In this document: piece after piece, positions 8,245 through 17,130 of the stretch
How positions within the stretch are numbered: position 1 is the stretch's first letter
Layout: the number at the start of each line of letters is the position of its first letter
Assembly (NCBI GenBank): GCA_964565655.1
Contig: CAZMFT010000003.1
Span: forward strand, 9,061 to 43,505
DNA: 34,445 bases
Reading direction: 5' to 3'
Origin: an uncultured Candidatus Saccharibacteria bacterium
Lineage (GTDB): Bacteria; Patescibacteriota; Minisyncoccia; Phycocordibacterales; Phycocordibacteraceae
Notes under the pieces: generated by a model
What the model saw: only the letters and a program-made list of their open reading frames with translations
Databases searched by the model: none
What the model was told of the DNA's origin: nothing
Program-made: the position numbers and the translations under genes

Positions 8245-10170
8245 ATGCAGGTAGGTGAGATCCGGAAGCGATACCTCGATTTCTACAAGGCGCGCGGCCA
8301 CGCGGTCATCCCGTCAGCACCCATCGTGCCGGGGAATGACCCGACGACCCTCTTCACCTCCTCGGGCATGCAGCCCTTGGTGCCGTACCTTCTCGGGAAG
8401 GATCATCCGGAAGGCAAGCGCGTCACGAACTCGCAGAAGTCATTTCGTGCAGGCGATATAGAAGAGGTCGGTGACAACCGGCACACGACCTTCTTCGAGA
8501 TGCTCGGGAACTGGTCCTTGGGCGACTATTTCAAGCAGGAACAGCTTCCTTGGGTATTCGATTTCCTTACGAACGAGGTCGGACTCGATCCGAGGAATCT
8601 CTACGTCACCGTCTTCGATGGGGATGCGGACACCGGGATGGAGCTTGATACCGAGGCAGTCGCCATATGGCAGCGCCTCTATAAGGAGAGCGGTATCGAC
8701 GCCGAGCTGGTGCGCATCGGTACGGAAGAGGAAGGGTACGACAAAGGTATGCGAGGCGGACGCATCTTCTCCTATGGGCCGAAGAAGAACTGGTGGAGCC
8801 GCGCCGGAGTGCCAGCGAATATGCCGGCAGGAGAGCCGGGAGGCCCTGACTCGGAGATCTTCTACGACTTCGGCACGCCGCATGACAGTAGGTGGGGTAA
8901 GGAATGCCACGTGAATTGCGACTGTGGGCGGTTCGTGGAGATAGCAAACTCCGTCTTCATGCAGTACGTGAAGAATGCGGACGGATCTTTCTCGAATCTC
9001 CCCAAGCAGAACGTCGACTTCGGTGGCGGCCTCGAGCGTGTCGCTATCGCCGCTATCGGGAAGCCAGACGTGTTCCTTCTCGATGTCTTCGACCATGCGA
9101 GGAAGACGTTGGAGGAGCGTACGGGGAAGGCATACCTCGCTGACGAGGCATCGACCCGCTCGTTCCGCATCATCATGGATCACGTACGTGCCGCAGCATT
9201 CATGCTCGCCGAAGGCGTGACGCCGTCGAACACCGAGGCCGGGTACGTGCTACGCCGCCTCATCCGTCGCGCCATACGCGAGGTTGACCGTCTTGGCATA
9301 AAGGACGCAGTCCTCGCAGATATCGCACAAGGCTTCGGTAAGGCGTACGAAGACCATTACCCGGAAGTATCCGCTAAAGCGAATGAAATCGCTGACGGTT
9401 TAGCGAAGGAGGAAGCGCAGTTTCGCAATACGCTCGAGCGAGGACTTAAGGAGTTCGAGAAATATGCTTCCGCACTTTCGGCCTCGGCGACTGGTTCAAT
9501 ATCAGCTAAGGAAGCTTTTACCTTGTTCACGACATACGGTTTTCCTTTGGAACTTACACTGGAACTAGCGCAGGAGCGCGGCATGAATGTAGATAGTGCC
9601 GCCTTCAAGTCATTGATGACCGAGCATCAAGCAGCGTCTCGGGCAGGTGCAGCGCAGAAATTCGCCGGCGGACTCGCAGATCATAGCGAGCAGACGGTCC
9701 GCTACCATACGACCCATCACATACTCCTTAAGGCGCTTCAGATGGTGCTTGGCGAGGAAGTTAAACAGCGCGGCTCGAACATCACCGCAGAGCGCCTTCG
9801 CATCGATTTCGCCTCACCTGGGAAGATGACTGACGAGCAAAGGGCAGAGGTAGAGAAGATCGTGAACGAGGTCATCTATCAGGATCTCCCGGTCACGCGC
9901 ACGGTGATGCCGCGCACGGAAGCAGAGAAGCTGGGCGCGCAGATGGAGTTCGGCGTTAAATACCCGGATAGCGTGTCTGTCTACTCGGTCGGGCCGATAG
10001 ATGCGACCGAGGCTGATCCCAAGATCCTCTCCGCGTTCTCATTGGAGTTCTGCGGAGGTCCGCACGTCACCAATACCGCTCAAATTCACGAAGGCAGCAG
10101 AAAATTCCGCATACAGAAGGAAGAGGCGGTCGCTCAAGGCGTACGCCGCATCAAGGCGGTACTCGAATAG
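8245..10170 (+). CDS. alaS: alanine--tRNA ligase, short form (641 aa)
   Basis: Class II catalytic core (FTSSGMQPLVPY...), tRNA-recognition region, and editing-domain motifs HTTHHILLKAL (HxxxH) and CGGPHV (CxxxH). The protein ends right after the editing domain. Confidence 0.9.
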   Translation: MQVGEIRKRYLDFYKARGHAVIPSAPIVPGNDPTTLFTSSGMQPLVPYLLGKDHPEGKRVTNSQKSFRAGDIEEVGDNRHTTFFEMLGNWSLGDYFKQEQLPWVFDFLTNEVGLDPRNLYVTVFDGDADTGMELDTEAVAIWQRLYKESGIDAELVRIGTEEEGYDKGMRGGRIFSYGPKKNWWSRAGVPANMPAGEPGGPDSEIFYDFGTPHDSRWGKECHVNCDCGRFVEIANSVFMQYVKNADGSFSNLPKQNVDFGGGLERVAIAAIGKPDVFLLDVFDHARKTLEERTGKAYLADEASTRSFRIIMDHVRAAAFMLAEGVTPSNTEAGYVLRRLIRRAIREVDRLGIKDAVLADIAQGFGKAYEDHYPEVSAKANEIADGLAKEEAQFRNTLERGLKEFEKYASALSASATGSISAKEAFTLFTTYGFPLELTLELAQERGMNVDSAAFKSLMTEHQAASRAGAAQKFAGGLADHSEQTVRYHTTHHILLKALQMVLGEEVKQRGSNITAERLRIDFASPGKMTDEQRAEVEKIVNEVIYQDLPVTRTVMPRTEAEKLGAQMEFGVKYPDSVSVYSVGPIDATEADPKILSAFSLEFCGGPHVTNTAQIHEGSRKFRIQKEEAVAQGVRRIKAVLE

Positions 10171-10226
10171 CCAGTACAGCCCCCGCTGTGCTAGGGTGCC
10201 CTCGGAAACAACGACAGGGGAGACCG

Positions 10227-10484
10227 ATGTCGGATTCGATTGACCGTGTGAGCGACGCTATGCGCCAGCTTCAGCCCGATCACGAGTTCTGGATCGATGC
10301 CGTACTCGACATTACGAACGGACCCTATATCGAGGCTCGGTATCGGAATCCGGAGCTCGCCGGCATATGGGTCTTCCTTTACGCCATTACGCGTGGCTGC
10401 GCGGAATACATGGTAGACAATGGCTACGTGTATTTCTGCGCGGATGACGTGTTCCGTTCGACCTACAAGTTCGACTCACAGTGA
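10227..10484 (+). CDS. hypothetical protein (85 aa)
   Basis: ATG 10227 preceded by GGGGAG (10217-10222). The ORF-track GTG 10188 has no such signal. Followed by a terminator. Confidence 0.5.
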   Translation: MSDSIDRVSDAMRQLQPDHEFWIDAVLDITNGPYIEARYRNPELAGIWVFLYAITRGCAEYMVDNGYVYFCADDVFRSTYKFDSQ

Positions 10485-10488
10485 TGAC

Positions 10489-10518
10489 GAGGCGCGGAAT
10501 TATCCGCGCCTTTTCGTT
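10489..10518 (+). terminator. intrinsic terminator
   Basis: GGCGCGGA (10491-10498) ATTA TCCGCGCC (10503-10510), then TTTTCGTTT. Confidence 0.75.
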
Positions 10519-10530
10519 TATACTGACGGG

Positions 10531-11643
10531 ATGTGGTTCTTGAGACGCAAACGCGTTGATTCCGTCCTCCTGCTCGATATCGGGTCGGGTTCGGTCGGCG
10601 CCGCCTACCTCACCCTCGCAGAAGGAACGAAACCGACCCTGCATTACGGCGTCCGCGTAAGGCACAAGGAAGGAACGGATGTCGGAACGACCATGAAGGA
10701 GGCTATACGCTCGCTAGTCTCTCATGGCTCCGCGATGCTCCGGGACGCGTCCGGTACCGGACGCGCGGACGCGGCGCTTGTCGCGGTCGCCTCTCCCTGG
10801 CAGCACACGCATGTCGAGAAGCGCGCGAAAGAGGCTGCGGAGCCCTTCGCGGTCTCAAGCGGGCTTGTCCGCGACCTCGTATCGGCCGAGGAGAAGCTTC
10901 TCGAGGGACACGTCCACGCAGATACCGCGATAATCGCGACCCTCCTTAATGGGTACGAGGTCAAAGAGCCTCACGGTAAGCGTGTAAAGCGCCTCGAGGC
11001 CGTCGTCATGAACTCATCGATTGATGAGGCGCTTAAGAAGTCGGCAGAAGACGCGCTCAAAGGCGAAGCGCATATCAGGAACGTGACCTTCGCATCATTC
11101 CCCTGGGTTTCGTACGCTTCATTGTCGGCCTTGTATCCGCATGAACGTGATTACCTCGTCATGGACGCTGCTGCGCTCGCAACCGACATCACCGTCGTTG
11201 CTCAAGGCCGTATCGCGCGCGTCGCCTCTTGTGGCGCGGGGGTGAGAGCGCTTGCGAAGAAATCATCTCCCGCGGGCGAGGAGAAGGTAGAAGGCGGCAT
11301 CCATGTCCGCCGAGACACGAGCGAGGCGAAAGCAGCCCCCGGAGGAAAGAGTGCGTGGCTTACGAGCACGGTCAGAGCCCTCAAGGATCTATCGGAACAC
11401 CAAGCCTTGCCGCGCATGCTCTTCCTGCTTGCGGATGATACCTACGCGAGCGATGTGAAGGCGATGCTCACCGACGAGAGCGTCCGCTCCCTCTGGCTCT
11501 CTGACGACCCGCTTTCGATAATCACCGTGACCCCTGCGCAGCTCCAAGCCGCTATCGTGCCGGTGGGCGAGGGGACCGATGATATCTTCCTCATGCTCGT
11601 GGCCTACCATGCGGCGCGTGCCTATACCCAAGGAAAAGATTGA
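10531..11643 (+). CDS. actin-like ATPase-fold protein (divergent FtsA/PilM-like), function uncertain
   Basis: LLLDIGSGSVGAAY (phosphate-1-like) and later YLVMDAAALATDITVV (degenerate second nucleotide motif). Start moved to ATG 10531, because the ORF-track start 10420 runs through the upstream terminator. TATACT box at 10519-10524. Confidence 0.5.
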   Translation: MWFLRRKRVDSVLLLDIGSGSVGAAYLTLAEGTKPTLHYGVRVRHKEGTDVGTTMKEAIRSLVSHGSAMLRDASGTGRADAALVAVASPWQHTHVEKRAKEAAEPFAVSSGLVRDLVSAEEKLLEGHVHADTAIIATLLNGYEVKEPHGKRVKRLEAVVMNSSIDEALKKSAEDALKGEAHIRNVTFASFPWVSYASLSALYPHERDYLVMDAAALATDITVVAQGRIARVASCGAGVRALAKKSSPAGEEKVEGGIHVRRDTSEAKAAPGGKSAWLTSTVRALKDLSEHQALPRMLFLLADDTYASDVKAMLTDESVRSLWLSDDPLSIITVTPAQLQAAIVPVGEGTDDIFLMLVAYHAARAYTQGKD

Positions 11644-11693
11644 GCAACTCCATGGGGTGTATACTCTTTGCCATATACGTTTAGCCACGGATC

Positions 11694-12983
11694 ATGCCAA
11701 CACCTCGTACCGTAAATGACATCATCCCGCCCTCGCGCCGACGCCGGACCGTGGAGGATACGCCTGTTGCGCCCGAGGTTCCGCCTACGATTGATGACAT
11801 TCATGTCGAGCCACCTATGACCCCGACTAACCCTCCCCCTATGCGTCCTTTGCCGCCGATGAGCCCGCCGCCGCGCCGCCGCTTCCCGTGGGGCACGGCG
11901 ATAATCGCGCTCGTCGTCGTTCTCGCATCCCTCGGCGCCCTATGGCTCTTTTCCGGCGCGTCGGTCTCCATAACGCCAGCAACGGCTTCCGGCAGCGTGA
12001 ACCAGGAGTTCACCGCAAACCCTGATAGCGGCGATCTTCCGTTCCGCGTCGTCTCGACCGAGAAGATTGCCTCGAAAAGCGTCCCGGCAGAATCCACGGT
12101 GAACGCGAACGATGCTGCGGAAGGCACCATCACGGTCTACAACACGTCCTCATCGCCGCAGCGCTTCGTGAAGAACACGCGATTCGAGTCGCCGAGCGGT
12201 CTCATCTTCCGCGCCCGCGACGCGATAAACGTCCCTGCCGGAAGTGCCACCTCGCCTGGCACGACGAAAGTCTCCGTATTCGCAGAGACCGGGGGCGAGC
12301 AGTACAACATCGCTGCTACCGATTTCAGCCTCCCGGGCCTCGATGGCACACCAGAAGCGAAGCTCGTCTACGGAAAGTCGACCGAGGCATTCGTCGGCGG
12401 CTTCCTCGGAAATCGCCCATCGGTATCGGAAGCGACCGCAACCCGTGAGCGCGCAATCCTTCAGGCAGAGCTCCCGGCCGCAGTCCTCGACGGACTTCGC
12501 GAGGCGACGCCGGAGGGCTACGTCATCGTCCCAGGCTCGGAGAACGTCCTCTACTCTCCGCTTCCGGACGCGCCGGACGGCTCAGGCGGCGTCTATGTAC
12601 GCCACAAGGCGTCCGCGACTGCCGCAATCTTCCCAGCTGACGCGCTCGCACGCGCCGTAGCCCAGGTCGTCATCGGCCAGGGGTATGCCGGACAGCCGGT
12701 GAAGCTCGCGAACGTAGACCAGCTCCGCGTGACGCCGAAGGCGCCCGTATCCGCGACTGACCCATTCGAATTCACGCTGTCGGGCACCGGCTCCGTCGTC
12801 TGGGAGGTAGACCCTACGAAGATCGCGGGTTCGGTCGCAGGGAAGACCCGGGAGGCAGCCCGCGTCCTCATCTCCGGCCTTCCGGAGGTCGGAACGGGCA
12901 CGATAACCCTCCGTCCGTTCTGGTCAGGCACGCTTCCGGAGGACCCGGAGGAGATAGAGGTCACCGTAAAGGCGGCTGAATAA
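11694..12983 (+). CDS. proline-rich, single-pass membrane protein with large extracytoplasmic domain (429 aa)
   Basis: N-terminal PPMTPTNPPPMRPLPPMSPPP, then TM helix AIIALVVVLASLGALWLF, then about 340 aa of soluble domain. No family recognised. Confidence 0.65.
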   Translation: MPTPRTVNDIIPPSRRRRTVEDTPVAPEVPPTIDDIHVEPPMTPTNPPPMRPLPPMSPPPRRRFPWGTAIIALVVVLASLGALWLFSGASVSITPATASGSVNQEFTANPDSGDLPFRVVSTEKIASKSVPAESTVNANDAAEGTITVYNTSSSPQRFVKNTRFESPSGLIFRARDAINVPAGSATSPGTTKVSVFAETGGEQYNIAATDFSLPGLDGTPEAKLVYGKSTEAFVGGFLGNRPSVSEATATRERAILQAELPAAVLDGLREATPEGYVIVPGSENVLYSPLPDAPDGSGGVYVRHKASATAAIFPADALARAVAQVVIGQGYAGQPVKLANVDQLRVTPKAPVSATDPFEFTLSGTGSVVWEVDPTKIAGSVAGKTREAARVLISGLPEVGTGTITLRPFWSGTLPEDPEEIEVTVKAAE

Positions 12984-12992
12984 GCCCCTGGT

Positions 12993-13021
12993 TTGACGAG
13001 TCTCCGGCTTCCTGCTATCCT
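12993..13021 (+). promoter_or_regulatory. putative sigma70-type promoter of the infA/r-protein operon
   Basis: TTGACG (12993-12998), 17 nt spacer, TATCCT (13016-13021). The ATG lies 12 nt downstream. Confidence 0.4.
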
Positions 13022-13033
13022 CACAAAGTCCAC

Positions 13034-13273
13034 ATGGCGGAAGAAAGCGATGCGAAAGAGGTACCGACCGGCGTTGTCGAGGAGGTCCTTCCTAACTCGC
13101 TCTTCCGTGTCCGTATGCCGGCTCCGGCTGGTGCGGACGAGGGGGATCTCTTGCTCGCGTATCTAGCAGGCAAGATGCGTCTGCATCGCATACGCGTTCT
13201 GGTGGGGGATAAGGTAGAGCTGGTGCTCGATCCTTACGGCGGCAAGGCCCGCATCACCAGGAGGTTAAGTTAG
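13034..13273 (+). CDS. infA: translation initiation factor IF-1
   Basis: GVVEEVLPNSLFRV...GKMRLHRIRVLVGDKV.L.LDPY (S1-like OB fold). Carries an extra PAPAGADEGD loop. Confidence 0.9.
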   Translation: MAEESDAKEVPTGVVEEVLPNSLFRVRMPAPAGADEGDLLLAYLAGKMRLHRIRVLVGDKVELVLDPYGGKARITRRLS

Positions 13274-13325
13274 GCCTTGTTACATTATCCGTTCACAGCG
13301 CTCCGCGCTCGTAACCTGATTCAGG

Positions 13326-13442
13326 ATGAAAGTTCGTGCATCCGTTAAGAAGCAGCAGCCAGGTGACCTCCTCGTACGGAGGGGCGGACGTCTGTACCGG
13401 ATAAACAAGAAGAACCCTCGCCGCAAGATCCGTCAGGGCTAA
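13326..13442 (+). CDS. rpmJ: 50S ribosomal protein L36 (Cys-less variant, 38 aa)
   Basis: Translated by hand: [38 protein letters not shown]. Canonical position between infA and rpsM. Below the ORF-track length cutoff. Confidence 0.85.
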   Translation: MKVRASVKKQQPGDLLVRRGGRLYRINKKNPRRKIRQG

Positions 13443-13462
13443 TATTTTCGTACTCAACTACC

Positions 13463-13843
13463 ATGCGTATCTCTGGTGTCACCCTTCCCGACGACAAGCA
13501 GCTCTCCTACGCGCTGCCGCAGATCTATGGCATCGGCTACACCCGTGCCAAGGCGATCCTTACGAAGGCCGGAGTGCCGTTCAATAAGAAGGGCAAGGAT
13601 CTTACCTCCGAGGAGGAGCGCACCATCCGCGAACTCGCCGAGAGCTACCTCATCGAGGGAGAGCTCCGCCGCGAGATCGGTCAGAACGTGAAGCGCCTCA
13701 AGGACATCAAGGCGGCACGCGGTCTCCGCCACACGCTCCACCTCCCAGTCCGCGGCCAGCGCACGAAGACCAACTCCCGCACCGTCCGCGGAAACGTCCG
13801 CAAGACCATGGGTTCGGGCCGCCGCACCCTCGAGAAGACGTAA
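13463..13843 (+). CDS. rpsM: 30S ribosomal protein S13
   Basis: MRISGVTLP...IYGIG...LKDIKAARGLRH; correct position in the operon. Confidence 0.95.
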   Translation: MRISGVTLPDDKQLSYALPQIYGIGYTRAKAILTKAGVPFNKKGKDLTSEEERTIRELAESYLIEGELRREIGQNVKRLKDIKAARGLRHTLHLPVRGQRTKTNSRTVRGNVRKTMGSGRRTLEKT

Positions 13844-13868
13844 TTCCTGACCGTACTACTAATCACCT

Positions 13869-14303
13869 ATGGGTAAGAAACGAATCATCAAGAAGTCCGG
13901 CAAGGGTCTCGACCAGGGACGCAAGGAGCGTGCCCTCTCGAAGATCGCCAAGAAGCGCGTCGAGCGCGGCATCCTCCATATCGAGGCGACCTTCAATAAC
14001 ACGAAGGCCGTCCTTACGGATGAGAAGGGCAACGCGGTCATGTCTTCTTCCGCAGGCGCCCTGGGCTTTACCGGAGCCCGCAAGTCGACTCCGTACGCAG
14101 CCGCGAAGGTCGGCGAGCTCCTCGGCGAGAAGGGTGCCATCGTCGGCCTCAAGGAGGCGTCGGTCATCATCCGCGGCGTCGGCGCCGGCCGCGAGTCTGC
14201 GCTCCGCGCATTCGCTGGAAAGGGCATCGCTATCCGCGCTATCAAGGACGCGACCCCGGTTCCGCATAACGGTCCGCGTCCGCCTAAGCCTCGCCGCGTC
14301 TAA
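13869..14303 (+). CDS. rpsK: 30S ribosomal protein S11
   Basis: GILHIEATFNNT...GFTGARKSTPYAA...IKDATPVPHNG.RPPK. Confidence 0.95.
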   Translation: MGKKRIIKKSGKGLDQGRKERALSKIAKKRVERGILHIEATFNNTKAVLTDEKGNAVMSSSAGALGFTGARKSTPYAAAKVGELLGEKGAIVGLKEASVIIRGVGAGRESALRAFAGKGIAIRAIKDATPVPHNGPRPPKPRRV

Positions 14304-14311
14304 TCCTATTT

Positions 14312-14920
14312 ATGAAAATCGGCCCTAAGTACAAGATCGCGAAGCGCCTCGGTGCGACCGTCTTCGAGAAGACGATGTCGCAGAAGTTCGCTATCGCCAA
14401 GGAGCGCAGCGAGAAGACCAAGAAGCGCGGACGCGGTCCGTCCGAGTTCGGCAAGCAGCTTCTCGAGAAGCAGAAGGTCCGTCTTACCTACGGCCTCTCC
14501 GAGAAGCAGTTCGCCAATTACGTCGAGGAAGCGATGGCTACCCACGGCACCCCGCCGGTGGAGACGCTTCACAAGCTCCTTGAGATCCGCCTCGACTCGG
14601 TGGTCTACCGCCTCGGTCTCGCGAAGACCCGTCGCGCAGCGCGCCAGATGGTCTCTCACGGCCACATCACGGTGAACGGCGTAAAGTCGACGATACCGTC
14701 CCGCCGCATGTTCGCGGGCGATGTCGTCGCTATCCGCGACGGCTCGAAGTCGAGCGTCATGTTCGAGGGGCTTGCCGACAAGCTCGCCGAGCGTCCTACC
14801 CCGAGCTGGCTCACGTGGGACGTGAAGGCGATGTCGGGTAGCATCTCGGATATGCCGACGGCGTCTTCCGCGGATCCTGCGGGAGACCTCGGTGCCGTGC
14901 TCTCGTTCTACAGCCGTTAG
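14312..14920 (+). CDS. rpsD: 30S ribosomal protein S4
   Basis: GPKYKIAKRLG..., LEIRLDSVVYRLGLA.TRR.ARQMVSHGHI.VNG (S4 domain). Confidence 0.95.
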   Translation: MKIGPKYKIAKRLGATVFEKTMSQKFAIAKERSEKTKKRGRGPSEFGKQLLEKQKVRLTYGLSEKQFANYVEEAMATHGTPPVETLHKLLEIRLDSVVYRLGLAKTRRAARQMVSHGHITVNGVKSTIPSRRMFAGDVVAIRDGSKSSVMFEGLADKLAERPTPSWLTWDVKAMSGSISDMPTASSADPAGDLGAVLSFYSR

Positions 14921-14949
14921 TTTATTACCAGGGTTACTACGATTGAGTT

Positions 14950-15900
14950 ATGGAATACCACATCACGCTTCCTTCTAAGCCGCGCGTCGTCTCCGAAGAC
15001 GGCCTTTCGGGCACCTACGAGATTGATTCGCTTTACCCAGGTTACGGCCACACGCTGGGGAACTCGTTGCGCCGTATCATCCTCTCCTCGCTTCCAGGCG
15101 CGGCTATCACGAACGTGAAGATCGAGGGCGTCGCGCACGAGTTCTCGACTATCGAGGGCGTCCGCGAGTCCGTCATGGAGATTCTTTTGAACCTCAAGCG
15201 CGTGCACTTCGTCCTTCACGGCGATGAGCCGCAGGTCATCAAGCTTGTTGCGAAGGGCGCGAAGGCGGTCACTGCAGGCGATTTCACCCTTCCTACCCAG
15301 GTCGAGATAAAGAACGCTGACCACCACATCGCAGACCTTTCCGGCAAAGTCACCCTCGAGATCGAGGCGACGGTAGAGCGCGGCCTCGGCTACGTCCCAC
15401 GCGAGCTTCTTACCAAGGACAAGGTAGACATCGGCACCATCGCGCTTGATGCGACCTTCACCCCGATCCGCCGCGTGAACTACGAGGTGGAGAACATGCG
15501 TGTCGGCGACCGCACGGACTTCAACCGCTTGAAGATCCTTATCGAGACCAATGGCACCATCACGCCGCGTGAGGCGCTTGAGCGCTCTATCGAGCTCATG
15601 ATCCACCAGCTCAAAGCCGTCGTCGGCTTCCAGGAGACCGTTGAGGTAGAGGCTCCGTCTATGGCAGTCGAGGCGCATGCCGAGGCTTCCGATAAGGACC
15701 TCACCAAGACGAAGACCGAGGACCTCGGCCTCTCGGCTCGCGTCACCTCCGCTCTCACCGAGGCAGGTATTCGCTCTGCGGCAGGCCTCTCGAAGAAGAC
15801 CGCATCGGCCTTGAAGGAGCTCGACGGCATCGGCGACAAGGCTATCGAGGAGATAGAGGAGGCGCTCGGGGGCTTGGGCCTTGCCCTCAAGGCGGAATAA
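14950..15900 (+). CDS. rpoA: DNA-directed RNA polymerase subunit alpha
   Basis: [22 protein letters not shown], plus a C-terminal domain with LGLSARV.SAL..AGI. 316 aa. Confidence 0.95.
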   Translation: [316 protein letters not shown]

Positions 15901-15928
15901 CGGTTAACTGCGTCAGTCACACCCTCGT

Positions 15929-16282
15929 ATGCGACATCACCACAAAGGCCGGACGCTCGGACGCCCCAAGAATCAGCGGGGTGCCTTGCTCCGTTCCCTT
16001 GCTCGCTCCCTGGTGATCCACGAGACCATCTCGACGACTGACGCGAAGGCACGCGAGCTCCGCCCGGTCATCGAGAAGCTCGTCACCCGCGCGAAGACCG
16101 ACACGGTCGCTAACCGCCGTATCGTCAATTCCCGCATCCAGGACGCAGCAGCGACCAAGAAGCTCTTCACGGCTATCGGCCCTCGCTACAAGGACCGTTC
16201 CGGCGGCTACACCCGCATCGTGAAGCGCACCGCGCGCGGTACGAACGACGCCCGCAAGATGGCCTTCATCGCATTCGTATAA
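15929..16282 (+). CDS. rplQ: 50S ribosomal protein L17
   Basis: MRHHHKGRTLGRP..QR.ALLRSLA.SL..HE.I.TT..KA.ELR...EKL. Confidence 0.95.
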   Translation: MRHHHKGRTLGRPKNQRGALLRSLARSLVIHETISTTDAKARELRPVIEKLVTRAKTDTVANRRIVNSRIQDAAATKKLFTAIGPRYKDRSGGYTRIVKRTARGTNDARKMAFIAFV

Positions 16283-16286
16283 CCGT

Positions 16287-16673
16287 ATGAAAACTTCCTC
16301 GCAGACCCCGATAAAGAAGATGGCGCCTGTGGCGTACACGATAGACGCTGCCGGAAAGAAGCTCGGCCGCGTAGCGTCCGAGGCCGCATCCATGCTTCTC
16401 GGCAAGAAGTCTGCGCAGTTCTCGAAGCACGAGGTGCTTCCGGTCACCGTCACCATCAACAACGCCTCGAAGCTCGACATGAGCGAGAAGCGCATCGCAG
16501 GAAAGACGTACCAGCACTTCACCGGCTACCCAGGCGGCCTCAAGGAGACCTCTATGCGGATGATGATTGATAAGAAGGGTATCGGAGAGGTCGTCCGCAA
16601 GACGGTGGATGGCATGATCCCGCGTAACGCACTCCGCAAGGAGCGCATGAAGCGCCTTACCGTAAACGACTAA
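16287..16673 (+). CDS. rplM: 50S ribosomal protein L13
   Basis: IDAAGKKLGRVAS.AA..L.GK..., Y.HFTGYPGGLKE, MIP.N.L. Lies upstream of rpsI as usual. Confidence 0.92.
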   Translation: MKTSSQTPIKKMAPVAYTIDAAGKKLGRVASEAASMLLGKKSAQFSKHEVLPVTVTINNASKLDMSEKRIAGKTYQHFTGYPGGLKETSMRMMIDKKGIGEVVRKTVDGMIPRNALRKERMKRLTVND

Positions 16674-16674
16674 T

Positions 16675-17076
16675 ATGCCTGATAAGACTACGTACGTGTC
16701 CGCCATCGGCCGCAGGAAGACTGCGGTAGCCCGCGTGCGCCTCATGAAGGGCAAGGAGTCTACGGTTACCGTAAACGGCCTCTCGGCGCGAGAGTATTTC
16801 AAGACGAACGAGCGCGCCCTCATCGCAGAGGAGTCCCTCAAGGCCGCAGAACTCAACGGCGTCTACATGGTCACCGCGAAGGTCTCCGGCGGCGGTATCG
16901 CAGCGCAGGCAGACGCGGTTCGCATGGGCATCGCCCGTGCAGCGGTCAAAGAGAACGCAGGCACCCGCGCATCACTTAAGACTGCAGGATTCCTTTCCCG
17001 CGACGCCCGCGCCAAGGAGCGCAAGAAGCCAGGTCTCGTAAAGGCCCGCAAGCGCAAGCAGTGGTCGAAGCGCTAG
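16675..17076 (+). CDS. rpsI: 30S ribosomal protein S9
   Basis: GRRKTAVARV.L..G.....VNG..., GGG...QA.A.R.GIARA, ...RKK.G..KARK..QWSKR. Confidence 0.95.
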   Translation: MPDKTTYVSAIGRRKTAVARVRLMKGKESTVTVNGLSAREYFKTNERALIAEESLKAAELNGVYMVTAKVSGGGIAAQADAVRMGIARAAVKENAGTRASLKTAGFLSRDARAKERKKPGLVKARKRKQWSKR

Positions 17077-17082
17077 CTGATT

Positions 17083-17112
17083 GAAAACCTGCCTACTGGC
17101 AGGTTTTCTTGT
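17083..17112 (+). terminator. intrinsic terminator of the r-protein operon
   Basis: GAAAACCTGCC (17083-17093) TACT GGCAGGTTTTC (17098-17108), followed by TTGTT. Confidence 0.85.
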
Positions 17113-17130
17113 TAGGTCTAATATGCATAT

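Noticed and set aside
10420-10530. Long N-terminal extensions in the ORF track (10420, 10188, 4759, 23157, 24812, 27751, 29660)
   Set aside because: The extensions use GTG or TTG starts and overlap upstream genes, terminators (10489-10518, 23193-23219) or promoters. They also precede conserved N-termini such as [11 protein letters not shown] of DnaJ. Downstream ATGs with -10 or SD signals were preferred.
14917-15678. 253-aa minus-strand ORF; likewise 94-627, 2947-3705, 15480-16052, 16266-16856 and 8440-9183 on the minus strand
   Set aside because: All lie opposite well-supported conserved genes (rpoA, rplQ/rplM, alaS and others). They have Arg/Ser/Ala-biased junk composition and are treated as shadow ORFs.
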